Source of the DNA: Acidobacteriota bacterium
GTDB taxonomy: Bacteria; Acidobacteriota; Thermoanaerobaculia; Multivoradales; UBA5704
Assembly: GCA_040005235.1 (NCBI GenBank)
Contig: JBDTZG010000044.1
Coordinates: 1 to 47,187 of the forward strand
Reading direction: 5' to 3'
DNA: 47,187 bases
Position numbers and translations under genes: made by a program
Notes under the pieces: generated by a model
Seen by the model: the letters and a program-made list of their open reading frames with translations, nothing else
Database searches by the model: none
What the model was told of the DNA's origin: nothing
In this document: positions 10,027 through 18,769 of the stretch, piece after piece
Numbering within the stretch: the first letter of the stretch is position 1
Layout of the letters: each line of letters opens with the position of its first letter

Positions 10027-10731
10027 CTAAACGATCTCCCGCAAACCGAGAGGCCCGCGGACCGTCGCTCCCAGGCGGGGCGTCTTCCCCTCTTCAATCC
10101 GCGCATCCATCCCGAGCGCGCCGAGGATCTTCGTCAACCGTTCGGGCTCCGGGTGGGTGAACGACAACGACTCCAGATCCAGCGCATGATCGAGCGCCAG
10201 GGCCGGATGCTGGGCCGGGTCTCGCCAGCGGATGAAGAACGGCACCAAGCCGCCCTCGGTCTCCCCAGGAAACAGCATCCACCATTCGAGCAGCGACCCA
10301 TCCAGACGTCGGCGCGAGCCGGCGGTGATTCCGGAATGGGGCACTCCCAAGGATTCGAACGCGGCGGCGATCGGAACGAGGTCGTCCGTCCGCGCGGCCC
10401 AGGTGGCGAGCTTCGGCGTCGTACAGGCGGCGAGCCAGGCGAAATGAGGTGCCAGCCTCATGCCCTCCGGATCGGGAGCGATGACCTCCAAGTAGCGCGT
10501 CCCTCCTAACCCCGCGAGCGCATTGTGGGTCCCGAGCCCCGAGTGCCGACCGCCGGGGGTGGGCGTGACGCCCAGGTGATGGGCCACCCAAGCGACGCCG
10601 GAGGCAAGATCAGGGGCACCGATCAGGAGGTGGTCAACGTTCATGCCCACCCGCCGCCCCAGAGCGTCGACCGTCGCGGCGAGATCGGAGGCATAGAGGC
10701 AGGTTTCGAAGATTCGTTCGGCGCGCGGCAT
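10027..10731 (-). CDS. VOC/glyoxalase-like domain protein
   Basis: VDHLLIG, GGRHSGLGTHN, YLEVIAPD, PFFIRW motifs; alternative start ATG 10644. Confidence 0.85.
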   Translation of the reverse strand: MPRAERIFETCLYASDLAATVDALGRRVGMNVDHLLIGAPDLASGVAWVAHHLGVTPTPGGRHSGLGTHNALAGLGGTRYLEVIAPDPEGMRLAPHFAWLAACTTPKLATWAARTDDLVPIAAAFESLGVPHSGITAGSRRRLDGSLLEWWMLFPGETEGGLVPFFIRWRDPAQHPALALDHALDLESLSFTHPEPERLTKILGALGMDARIEEGKTPRLGATVRGPLGLREIV

Positions 10732-10785
10732 GATGGCGAAGATTCTAGCCCGGCCGGCGGATCGTGTCGGATACACTCTCCCGCC

Positions 10786-12366
10786 ATGACCCCAGAGCCT
10801 GAGCAGCGCCTTTCGACCTGGCAAGCCCTGGTCCGTGCCATGACGTCTTGGCGGACCGCTTCGGTCTCTCTGATGTCGTTCTCGTCCGGTCTGCCGCTCG
10901 GGCTCGTGTGGATCGCGATCCCGGATTGGATGACCAAGATCGGCGTCGATCTACGGGTGGTCGGCCTGATCACGCTCGCGCAGGCGCCGTGGACGTTCAA
11001 GTTCCTCTGGGCGCCGCTGATGGATCGCTATGTCCCGCTCCAGTGGTTGGGCCGCAGGCGGGGGTGGATCGCGATCGCCCAGGTGGCTCTGTTCGCCACC
11101 ACGCTCTCTCTCGCTGGAGTCGGCGGCCATCCGGATACTCCGTGGGTCGTGGCCGCACTGGCGCTCGCGGTCGCCTTCTCCGCCGCCACCCAGGACATCG
11201 CGCTCGACGCCTATGCGGTCGACGTGCTGCGGCCGGAGGAGCAGGGTGTGGCGGTCGGCGCGCGCACCGCGATCTACCGCGCGGCGATGTACTTGGCGGG
11301 CGGATTCTCGATCACGCTCGCCGGGATGACCTCGTGGCCGCTGGTTCTGGTCCTGCTCTCCGTCTGCTACCTGCCGTTGATCGCGATCACCTGGAAAGCG
11401 CCGGAGCCGGAAGGTCAGTCCCCAGCGCCGACGACGCTGCGCGAGGCGGTTTGGCTGCCGTTTCTCGGCTTTCTCTCGCGCCACCGGGCGCTTGAAATCC
11501 TGGCTTTCGTGCTGTTTTACAAGTTTGCCGACCAGCTCGCGCAGACGCTTCAGCGTTCGTTCCTGGTCCAGGCCGGCTACAGCGACTTCGATCGCGGCGT
11601 GGCGCTCGCGACCGTCGGCCTGTTCGGCAATCTGATCGGCGTCTTCTTCGGCGGTGCGCTCACCACCACACTCGGCCTCGGCCGCTCGCTCTGGCTGTTC
11701 GGCTTCCTCCAGATCTTCTCGAACTTGGGGTACGTGATCCTCTCGGTCCAGCCTGGTCCGAACCGTTGGCTGATGTACGGCGCGATGGCGTTTGAAACGC
11801 TCGCCTCCGGCATGGGAACGGGGGCCTATGGCGTGCTACTGCTGCGCCTCACGCAGAAGCGCTTCTCGGCCACGCAATACGCCCTGTTCTCCAGTCTATT
11901 CGGCCTGCCGCGCCTGCTCTCGGGACCGATTACCGGATTCTTGGTCCACGCGATCGGCTGGACCGACTTCTTCTGGTTCTCGATCTTCGCCGGCATCCCG
12001 GGCATGATCCTGCTCGCCCGCTTCGTCCCCTGGGGCCAACGCGAGCCGGAGTTCTCGATCGAGCCGCCGAAGTTCAAGGAACCGCTCTCCGCCGCCCAGC
12101 TCGCCGTCCGCGGAGGGATGGGAGCGATTGGAGGATTGGCGATAGGAGCGTTGATCCGCGCGACCCTCCGCGCCCTCGAAGGAGTGAAAGACGGCAAACC
12201 GTTCGCGCCGATGGCGGAGCTGCTCACTTTCCTTCAACCCATAGACCTCAAAGGTTGGATGTCGCTGGTGGCGCTGGTCACCTTCGCCGCCGTCTGCGGA
12301 ATGTTTACTGCGGCGGTGGTCGCTGCCCGGCACGGGGCGGGGGCCGAGGTGGAAGCGGCGGCATAA
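10786..12366 (+). CDS. ampG: AmpG-family muropeptide MFS transporter with two extra C-terminal TM segments
   Basis: FSSGLP, KFLWAPLMD, GRRRGW, ATQDIALDAY, SATQYALFSS motifs. Confidence 0.85.
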   Translation: MTPEPEQRLSTWQALVRAMTSWRTASVSLMSFSSGLPLGLVWIAIPDWMTKIGVDLRVVGLITLAQAPWTFKFLWAPLMDRYVPLQWLGRRRGWIAIAQVALFATTLSLAGVGGHPDTPWVVAALALAVAFSAATQDIALDAYAVDVLRPEEQGVAVGARTAIYRAAMYLAGGFSITLAGMTSWPLVLVLLSVCYLPLIAITWKAPEPEGQSPAPTTLREAVWLPFLGFLSRHRALEILAFVLFYKFADQLAQTLQRSFLVQAGYSDFDRGVALATVGLFGNLIGVFFGGALTTTLGLGRSLWLFGFLQIFSNLGYVILSVQPGPNRWLMYGAMAFETLASGMGTGAYGVLLLRLTQKRFSATQYALFSSLFGLPRLLSGPITGFLVHAIGWTDFFWFSIFAGIPGMILLARFVPWGQREPEFSIEPPKFKEPLSAAQLAVRGGMGAIGGLAIGALIRATLRALEGVKDGKPFAPMAELLTFLQPIDLKGWMSLVALVTFAAVCGMFTAAVVAARHGAGAEVEAAA

Positions 12367-12425
12367 CGGGCGAAACCACCGGGCACTCTCGGTCGTAAGA
12401 TGGCTTGGACCGGAGGTCTAAGCAC

Positions 12426-12611
12426 ATGCCCCTTACCCGTTCGTCCCGACACAAAATCATCGCCGGCGTTTGCGGCGGCCTGGCCGAGTGGCTCGGCTGG
12501 GACGTGACGCTGGTGCGCATCCTCTACGTCGCCATCTCGATCGTCTCGGTCGCCTTTCCCGGAATTCTGGCGTACGTGATCCTCTGGATCGTGATGCCTG
12601 CTGGCTCTTAA
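12426..12611 (+). CDS. PspC domain protein
   Basis: LTRSSRHKIIAGVCGGLAEWLGWDVTLVR...YVILWIVMP; GGAGG RBS. Confidence 0.92.
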   Translation: MPLTRSSRHKIIAGVCGGLAEWLGWDVTLVRILYVAISIVSVAFPGILAYVILWIVMPAGS

Positions 12612-12689
12612 CGAGGGTGTATCGAAGACACGGCGCGCAACGGGCATCGCGCGGCACTCCATTTAATGAACCCGCGGATTGACTTTTCG

Positions 12690-13601
12690 CTACCGCGCCA
12701 CCCGGAACCGATACCCCTCGATCTCCTCGAACGTCCCGCCTGCCCGCCGCCCTTCGAGGCGCAGGCGATACTCGCCCGCCGCGAAGTAGTCGTGGGGGAA
12801 GGTGAGGAGGATCACTTCGAGGGCGTTCGGATGGAGGGAGTCCGCCGCGAACAGTTTCTTTCCCGCGGCGTCGGTGAGGGTGGCGCGGTAGCTGGCGAAA
12901 CCCGCGGCGTCCCCGGCGTCGAGCGCGAGCTGGACGATGCCCTGGGTTTTCCGGAGATCGAGCTGATTGGCGGCGCCCGGCTCGGTGCCGCGCAGGTGGG
13001 TGAGCAGCAGGAGCTGCGTGTCCGCCGTCGGGGCCATTGAGGCCATCGGTGCCATTGGCGCCAGCGATTCGCCCGGCGGGTTTCCCGAGGGGGAGCTTTG
13101 CGCGAGTTGGGTTTCGAGCCGGCGCGCCTTTTCGTCGCTCTCTTTAGCGAGGCGTTCGCTTTGGGCGAGCCGCACCGAGAGCGCCTTCCTCTCCGCCTCT
13201 CCCAGCTGCGCCCGGCTGCTCCAGGTGGCGGCTTCTCGTTCGAGGTCCGCGCGGCCCTGCCGGAACCAGGCAAAAGGCAGAGCCGCGCCAAGCAGAAGGG
13301 AGGCGGCGAGCGCAAGCCCCAGTGCCACGGGGCGACGGGGGAAGCGGAGAAGTTTTCCCGGAGCTTCGGTCGGGGTCACGGCGGTCGCCGTCTTCGATCC
13401 GTCCGGCGCAGCCGCCGACTCGGCCTGCATCGCCTGAAGGCCCCGCTCGAAGCGGCGTTGGTGATCCAGCTCTTCCTGGCACGCGGCGCAGGCGAAGAAG
13501 TGTTCCTCGAAAAGCGGTTCCTCTTCACTGTCGAGCCGGCCGGAGCGGTAAAGCGCGATGAGACCGTGCTCTTGGACGTAGGCGTGGTCCATCGGACTCA
13601 A
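12690..13601 (-). CDS. Membrane-anchored zinc-binding anti-sigma factor (zf-HC2) with extracytoplasmic C-terminal domain
   Basis: FEEHFFACAACQ (HxxxCxxC), one TM helix (VALGLALAASLLLGAALPFAWF), coiled coil, beta-rich tail; ATGA overlap with the sigma gene. Confidence 0.85.
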   Translation of the reverse strand: MSPMDHAYVQEHGLIALYRSGRLDSEEEPLFEEHFFACAACQEELDHQRRFERGLQAMQAESAAAPDGSKTATAVTPTEAPGKLLRFPRRPVALGLALAASLLLGAALPFAWFRQGRADLEREAATWSSRAQLGEAERKALSVRLAQSERLAKESDEKARRLETQLAQSSPSGNPPGESLAPMAPMASMAPTADTQLLLLTHLRGTEPGAANQLDLRKTQGIVQLALDAGDAAGFASYRATLTDAAGKKLFAADSLHPNALEVILLTFPHDYFAAGEYRLRLEGRRAGGTFEEIEGYRFRVAR

Positions 13602-14269
13602 GCTCCCGCTCGCGAGGTGGCCAGGGCTTGCGACGCGAGGTGCAAGAGCAGGCCACCGAGCCAGAGGAGAGTCGCCGAGGCCTGGGTTGCGCCGCGCGTC
13701 TCGGCGCGCGCGAGATACAGCTCCTTGTAGCGCTGGCGGGCGCGGTGGAGCACGCGATGGAATTGGACGCTGGTGAGATCGAGATCGCGGCAGAGGCGGT
13801 CGCGGTCCTCGTCTCCCAGATAGAAGCGGAGCAGCAACTCGCGGTCGCGCGCGGTGCCCAGCTCGCCGATCACCGCGCGGGCGAGCGCCGCATTCTCGGC
13901 GGCCAACAGGTCGTCGAGCGCGCCGCCCAAAGTCGGGCGATCGAGATCCTCGGGCGGCGCGGGTTCAGTCTTCCGCCGCGCGGTCTTCCGGTAGTGCTCG
14001 GTCGCGAGATTCTTCGCCAGATGGGCGACGTAGCCGGGAAGCTTTTCCGGCTCGCGAACCTCGCCGCGGCGGAGCTTTTCGATCAACAGCCGGAAGGTGT
14101 CCTGGAACAGGTCCTCCTGCTCGTCGCGCCCTCGCGCGTGGCGGTCGAGCAGGAGGGCCACGGGGCGGCCGAAGCGCGCGAACAGGCGTTCCTCGGCCCG
14201 CGGATCGCCCGCGCGAATTGCGGCCAGCAGCGTGGCGAAATCATCCGTCTCGTGCCCCCGCGGCTCCAG
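13598..14269 (-). CDS. ECF RNA polymerase sigma-70 factor
   Basis: Region 2 EQEDLFQDTF...AKNLATEHYRK; region 4 RDRELLLRFY...FHRVLHRARQR; start codon unclear (CTG at 14269 is a guess). Confidence 0.85.
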   Translation of the reverse strand: MEPRGHETDDFATLLAAIRAGDPRAEERLFARFGRPVALLLDRHARGRDEQEDLFQDTFRLLIEKLRRGEVREPEKLPGYVAHLAKNLATEHYRKTARRKTEPAPPEDLDRPTLGGALDDLLAAENAALARAVIGELGTARDRELLLRFYLGDEDRDRLCRDLDLTSVQFHRVLHRARQRYKELYLARAETRGATQASATLLWLGGLLLHLASQALATSRAGA

Positions 14270-14324
14270 GTTTCGGTCGGTCTCGATGGCCGGAATGGTA
14301 CCACGCGACTCCCAGAGGTTCGGG

Positions 14325-14750
14325 TCAGTTGCCGACGCCGTCCGCCCCCCAGACCGAGACCTGATCCGGATCGCCGTACGTAGCCGAACCGTAGAGCGAG
14401 GCATAGGTGGTTTCCCCCGATAAGTTTTTGGTCGACGAGAAAGAGATGTAGAGGCGCAGGGGCTGTCCTTCGTACCAGCCGGTCCACCGGAGGGTATCGC
14501 CGACAAAGAGCAGCGCGAGCGGTTGACGGTACTCGTCCTGTTCTTTGGATGAGAGCTTGGTCGTCTCTCCGTCGAGCACGGCGAAACCCATGCAGGTCTG
14601 GAACTCCCCGTCGAGATAGGGCGCCGTGTCGCCGAGTGCTTCATTGCCCGTGCCCAGGGCGATCGTCCACCCCTCCTGGAGCCAGGGGTTCTCTCCGGTG
14701 ACCCATCGCACTCGCCAGATTCCCACAAAATCCTTGACGCTGGTTGCCAT
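14325..14750 (-). CDS. Hypothetical 141-aa beta-rich protein without signal peptide
   Basis: GAGGAG RBS; co-oriented between the CHAT and sigma genes; Trp/Tyr/Gly-rich strands. Confidence 0.75.
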   Translation of the reverse strand: MATSVKDFVGIWRVRWVTGENPWLQEGWTIALGTGNEALGDTAPYLDGEFQTCMGFAVLDGETTKLSSKEQDEYRQPLALLFVGDTLRWTGWYEGQPLRLYISFSSTKNLSGETTYASLYGSATYGDPDQVSVWGADGVGN

Positions 14751-14846
14751 CGGATTCTCCTCGTAAGCGGTCGCATCGCAAGGTTCTCACTCTTCCCGGA
14801 AGTGGGACGAGCGGGCAAATTCTCGCAGGGCGCAGGGGGCAGGGGC

Positions 14847-17800
14847 CTAGTCGCCATCCCCCAACAGCACCCAGCCGGCCCAAAACGCCGGATCGCGGGT
14901 GCGCCGCCCGGCGGCGATTTCGCGTTGGGCCTTGGCAAGCGCCGCGGCGGGCGCCAGGCGATCGCGCCAGAGTGCGCGGTAGAAATTCTCCATGAATGCG
15001 ACCGCCGCGCGGTCGTCGACCGCCCACAAGCTCGCGACGACCCGCGAGGCTCCGGCATAGAGAAAGCCGCGGGCGAGTCCCACGAGCCCCTCGCCGCGGA
15101 CCTCCTCGCCCAAGGCGGTCTCGCAACCGGAGAGGACGACCAGGTCGGCGCCCAGCTTCAGACTGAAAATGTCGCGCAGATGGAGGAAGCCCTCGATCTC
15201 CTCCCCCGCCGGGGTATAGCGCGAAAGGGCAAGGCCCGAGAGGGCGGGATTCGCCGCGTCGATCACGCCGTGGGTCGCGAAATGGAGCACGCGGAAATCG
15301 GCGAGCCCGCCCTCTGCGAGCGCCAGGCGCGCGGCGGCAAATCCAAAGAGCTCCCGCCGTGGATCGCCCGCGGTTGCCGCAGGCGCGAGCGCCACGATCC
15401 GCTCGACCTCCGCGGCGCTGCCGGCCAAGCGCTCGAACGGCTCGCCCCGGTCCGGGATTTTCTCCTGGCTGCCTCCTTCGGCGATCGCTGCCGTCTCCTT
15501 CTCCGTCATTCCGATCGGGAGCGAGAGATCTGGGGGGTGGGCGGCCTTGAATCCCTTCGCCAACCGCGGGTCGTCGGTAGCAAATACCGGATCGGCCAGC
15601 GCCGCAATCAGGCCGTGGGCGGGCGCCCGGCTCGCCGCCCGTTCGCGCACCGCGGCGAGCGCGGAAAGCGAGGGCACGAACGAGATCTCGTGCTCCGCCA
15701 CGAGCGGCCGGCCGGTGCCCGGAACCCCGAGCGCCGCCCAGGGCAGGTAGGCGAGCGCGCCATCGGTGACGATCACGATCCTTCGATGCTCCGTGAGCCT
15801 GGCCGTGACCGGTCCGAGCAGGCGGTCCCCGAGCGTACCGAGCCCCTTCTCCTCCGCCTCGCGCTCGGCCGGATCGAACCGGCGCAACGAGCGAAACAGT
15901 TCGAGCGCCGCCCTTTCCAGCTCGCGACGCGGCGGAAAGTCGAAGCTTTCGATCCGCCCGCGGACGAGGCTCCAGAGCGTGCTTCGCTCGGCGCCGAGGT
16001 GGAAGACCAGGACCAGCGTTTCGGCATCGAGCGTCGCGGCGATTGCCTGCGGATCGAGCGCGGGCGGGTCGAGCAGCGCTCCCACGGCCGGCGACTGTGC
16101 GCGGGTTTGGGCGTCGAGCAAATCGAGCTGGGTCGAGATCTCCGCCGCCTCCCGCGCGAGCTGGGCGCGGATCGCGTCGTTTACGTTGCCTGCCGCGCGT
16201 TCGGCTTTCGCTGCCAGCCGGCGCGACAGCTCGGCGCGGGACGCGGCGCGCGCCGGATCGACCGCCGCTTCGAGATCAACGCCCGCCTGCGCGAGCAGCT
16301 CGACCAGCGCCCGGCCGCGCGAGCGCTCCACCTGGGCGAGCGCGCGGGCGCTCCATCCCGTGCCGGGGTGGGCGCGATCGAGCGCCAACGCCGTTTCGAT
16401 CACCTCTTCCGAAACGCCGGTCGCTAGCGCGGAGAAGCTGGTCTGCGCCTCCGCTCCGGCCAAATGGACTCGCTCGCTCTCCAGGCCCAAAAGCGCGTCT
16501 TCGAACGATTGGAGCGCCAACGGGAGATCTCCTTCGGCGCGCGCCAGGCGACCGAGCCCGAAAAGCGCCTTCGCCTCGCGCCGCCTCTGGCCCAGGGCCC
16601 GCGCGAGAGCGAGCGAGCGCTCGAACGGCGGACGCGCCTCGGCGTAGCGGCCAGCCGCCAGCTCTAGCTCGCCGAGGCCGTTTTCCGCATCCGCCTCCTG
16701 CGCGCGATCGCCGATCGCGGCGAGCCGTTCGAGCGCCTGGGCGAACGTCGACCGCGCCGCCTCCGCCTCGCCCCGGGCGGCCTGCCCCTTCGCCTTCACC
16801 GACAGCCCCACCGCTTCGCCGCGCCGGTCGCCCGCCGCGCGGTAGAGCGCGAGCGCCCTTTCGATCCGGGTCGCCGCCTCCTCCGCGCGGCCGGCGTCGG
16901 GCGCCCTCGGCGCCGCGACCACCGCGAGAGCGAGATTGAGCGAGGTCGACGCCTCCCCCGCGGCGTCCCCCGCTTCGCGCCAGAGCGGCAGCGCGGTCTG
17001 CCATTGCGCCTCGGCCGCCTCTGGTTGGCCGACCTGTTGGTAGGCGAGGCCGAGGTTGTTCCTCACCCGCGCCTGCCAGCGACGATCGGCGAGCAGGGTG
17101 AATTTGGCCAACGCCTCGCCGTACGCCGCGATGCCGGAATCGAAACGGCCCAATTCCTGCTCCAGCAGGCCGAGATTGTTGAGCGTGCGCGCGCGGCCCA
17201 GCTCGTCGCCCACCCGTTCTTGAAGCGCCAGAGCCAAGCGATAGGCGGAGAGCGCACTTTCCGGCTCGCCCAACACGTCTTCGATCCTCCCGGCGGAGAT
17301 CCACGCCGCGGCTTCAAGCGCCGGGGCTTGCGCCTCGGCCAGCGCCCGGCGCGCCGCGCCATAGCAGGCCCGCGCGGCGATCAGATCGCCCGCAACCTGC
17401 TTCATCCGGCAGAGATTGCTCTGGGCGACCGCCTGATTGAACGGATCGCCGTTTCCTTCGGCGAGCTTTTCCGCCTGTTGAAACGACGTGCGCGCCGAGT
17501 CGTTGTCTCCGAGCAGCAGATGGTCGAGCCCGATCTCGTTCGCGAGCGCCGCGGCGAGCTTGCCGTCCGTCTCCAGCAGGAGCGGTAGAGCTTCGGCGCC
17601 CTGGGCGAGCGCCGCCTTCGGCTCGTCGACCAAACGCGAGACCACGGCGAGCGAAAACAGCGCCCGCGCCTCGCCGGAAGGATCTCCCGCGGCGCGAAAC
17701 GCGCGGAGCGCCTCGCGGTACGCCGCGAGCGCTTCGCGCCAAGAGGCCCGGTCGCCGCGGGCGTAGAGAGCGCTCGCGCGATCGATCGCCGCCCAGGCTT

Positions 17801-18218
17801 CAGTGATGTCCGCGGCCGGTGTTTCCAGGCGCATGCAGATCTCGCCGGCCGGGGCGCCGATCTCACGCGCCTTGATTGCGATCGCAAAACCTGAGGTTGG
17901 CTGCGGGAGCCAAGCCGATTCCTCCCCCTGCCGATCCTGCGGGCTGTCAATCGTCCTCCCCGGACCTTCCCTGCTCTCGGCGACCTGGATTTCGATGTCG
18001 ATGCCGCGCTGCTCGACCGCGAGGCGCAGAGGCTCTTCGCCCTCACTCGCGATCACGACGCCGAGCGACGCCTCGGCCGAAAGCGTGCGGCAGACCCGCT
18101 CCCCGAGCCCGAGACGCAACGACTCTCCCCGGATCGGCCCTCCGCTTGAGGGCACGATCGCGAGGAGAACGGCCGGCACAAGGAACGAACGTGCCTTAAA
18201 ACGACAGATTCCGCGCAT
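14847..18218 (-). CDS. TPR-repeat CHAT-domain (caspase-like, clan CD) protease with predicted signal peptide and PPC-like N-terminal domain
   Basis: Intact catalytic His (VLHFATHG) and Cys (VVLSGCET), SLWAVDD, PAFWAGW; many TPRs (ARTLNNLG); hydrophobic N-terminus. Confidence 0.93.
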   Translation of the reverse strand: MRGICRFKARSFLVPAVLLAIVPSSGGPIRGESLRLGLGERVCRTLSAEASLGVVIASEGEEPLRLAVEQRGIDIEIQVAESREGPGRTIDSPQDRQGEESAWLPQPTSGFAIAIKAREIGAPAGEICMRLETPAADITEAWAAIDRASALYARGDRASWREALAAYREALRAFRAAGDPSGEARALFSLAVVSRLVDEPKAALAQGAEALPLLLETDGKLAAALANEIGLDHLLLGDNDSARTSFQQAEKLAEGNGDPFNQAVAQSNLCRMKQVAGDLIAARACYGAARRALAEAQAPALEAAAWISAGRIEDVLGEPESALSAYRLALALQERVGDELGRARTLNNLGLLEQELGRFDSGIAAYGEALAKFTLLADRRWQARVRNNLGLAYQQVGQPEAAEAQWQTALPLWREAGDAAGEASTSLNLALAVVAAPRAPDAGRAEEAATRIERALALYRAAGDRRGEAVGLSVKAKGQAARGEAEAARSTFAQALERLAAIGDRAQEADAENGLGELELAAGRYAEARPPFERSLALARALGQRRREAKALFGLGRLARAEGDLPLALQSFEDALLGLESERVHLAGAEAQTSFSALATGVSEEVIETALALDRAHPGTGWSARALAQVERSRGRALVELLAQAGVDLEAAVDPARAASRAELSRRLAAKAERAAGNVNDAIRAQLAREAAEISTQLDLLDAQTRAQSPAVGALLDPPALDPQAIAATLDAETLVLVFHLGAERSTLWSLVRGRIESFDFPPRRELERAALELFRSLRRFDPAEREAEEKGLGTLGDRLLGPVTARLTEHRRIVIVTDGALAYLPWAALGVPGTGRPLVAEHEISFVPSLSALAAVRERAASRAPAHGLIAALADPVFATDDPRLAKGFKAAHPPDLSLPIGMTEKETAAIAEGGSQEKIPDRGEPFERLAGSAAEVERIVALAPAATAGDPRRELFGFAAARLALAEGGLADFRVLHFATHGVIDAANPALSGLALSRYTPAGEEIEGFLHLRDIFSLKLGADLVVLSGCETALGEEVRGEGLVGLARGFLYAGASRVVASLWAVDDRAAVAFMENFYRALWRDRLAPAAALAKAQREIAAGRRTRDPAFWAGWVLLGDGD

Positions 18219-18268
18219 CGAGATTCCGGTAGGAGGGGAGTATACGGCCCTCCCCTCGAACGCGGAAT

Positions 18269-18769
18269 CTACTGCTCGTAGCCCTGGTAGTTGTTGGTCG
18301 AGCAGTTGACGATCACGGTCGAGCCGTTCAAGCTGAGCGACCAGGTCCAGTCCGCCTCGTTGTCGTTGTCATTCGTCCGCCAGTTGCAGGCGGGCATGAC
18401 GACCGACATCCCCGAGCAAACCTGGTCCTTGGTGTTGTTCGCGGTGCAGTTGCTCGAACCGGACGTGATCAGGGTCTGGCAGGAAGGGGAAATCGAGTAC
18501 AAGAGATTGCTCGGCAGACAGAGGTAGTTGCCGGCGTTCTTGGGCTGGAACGTGGCGCCCGCGCAGGCGGAGCAGCTGCTGCCGCTGCCCGCCGAACAGG
18601 AGTGAAACGAGGCGGCGACATCCGTGACCCGATATCCGGCGGTGACGCTGCTGTTGTTGAAGCCGTTCAAGAACAGCTTGGCGCAGATGTTTTGGCTGCC
18701 GGCGTTGGCGATGCCGCCCACGAGAAACAAACCGAGAACCAACGATCCTGCCCAGCGCGCGCTTTTCAT
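18269..18769 (-). CDS. Secreted cysteine-rich protein (166 aa, 10 Cys)
   Basis: AAAGGA RBS; signal peptide ending ANA; Ser/Asn/Cys-rich mature region. Confidence 0.8.
   Translation of the reverse strand: MKSARWAGSLVLGLFLVGGIANAGSQNICAKLFLNGFNNSSVTAGYRVTDVAASFHSCSAGSGSSCSACAGATFQPKNAGNYLCLPSNLLYSISPSCQTLITSGSSNCTANNTKDQVCSGMSVVMPACNWRTNDNDNEADWTWSLSLNGSTVIVNCSTNNYQGYEQ

Noticed and set aside
12366-12400. Possible c-di-GMP riboswitch (GGCGAAACC) upstream of pspC, and a similar motif near 37030
   Set aside because: Second stem and conserved GCAAA/tetraloop-receptor elements not found
13033-13063. 9-bp tandem repeat encoding APMAPMASMAP in the anti-sigma
   Set aside because: Short in-frame linker expansion with no sign of phase variation
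14310-15058. Long N-terminal extension of the ECF sigma (486-aa ORF)
   Set aside because: Overlaps the 141-aa gene and the CHAT 3' end, and the extra sequence is low-complexity
14847-18218. Type III-E Craspase (Csx29) or gasdermin-associated defence locus
   Set aside because: No Cas7-11, CRISPR array or recognisable gasdermin; only the protease-sigma logic is analogous
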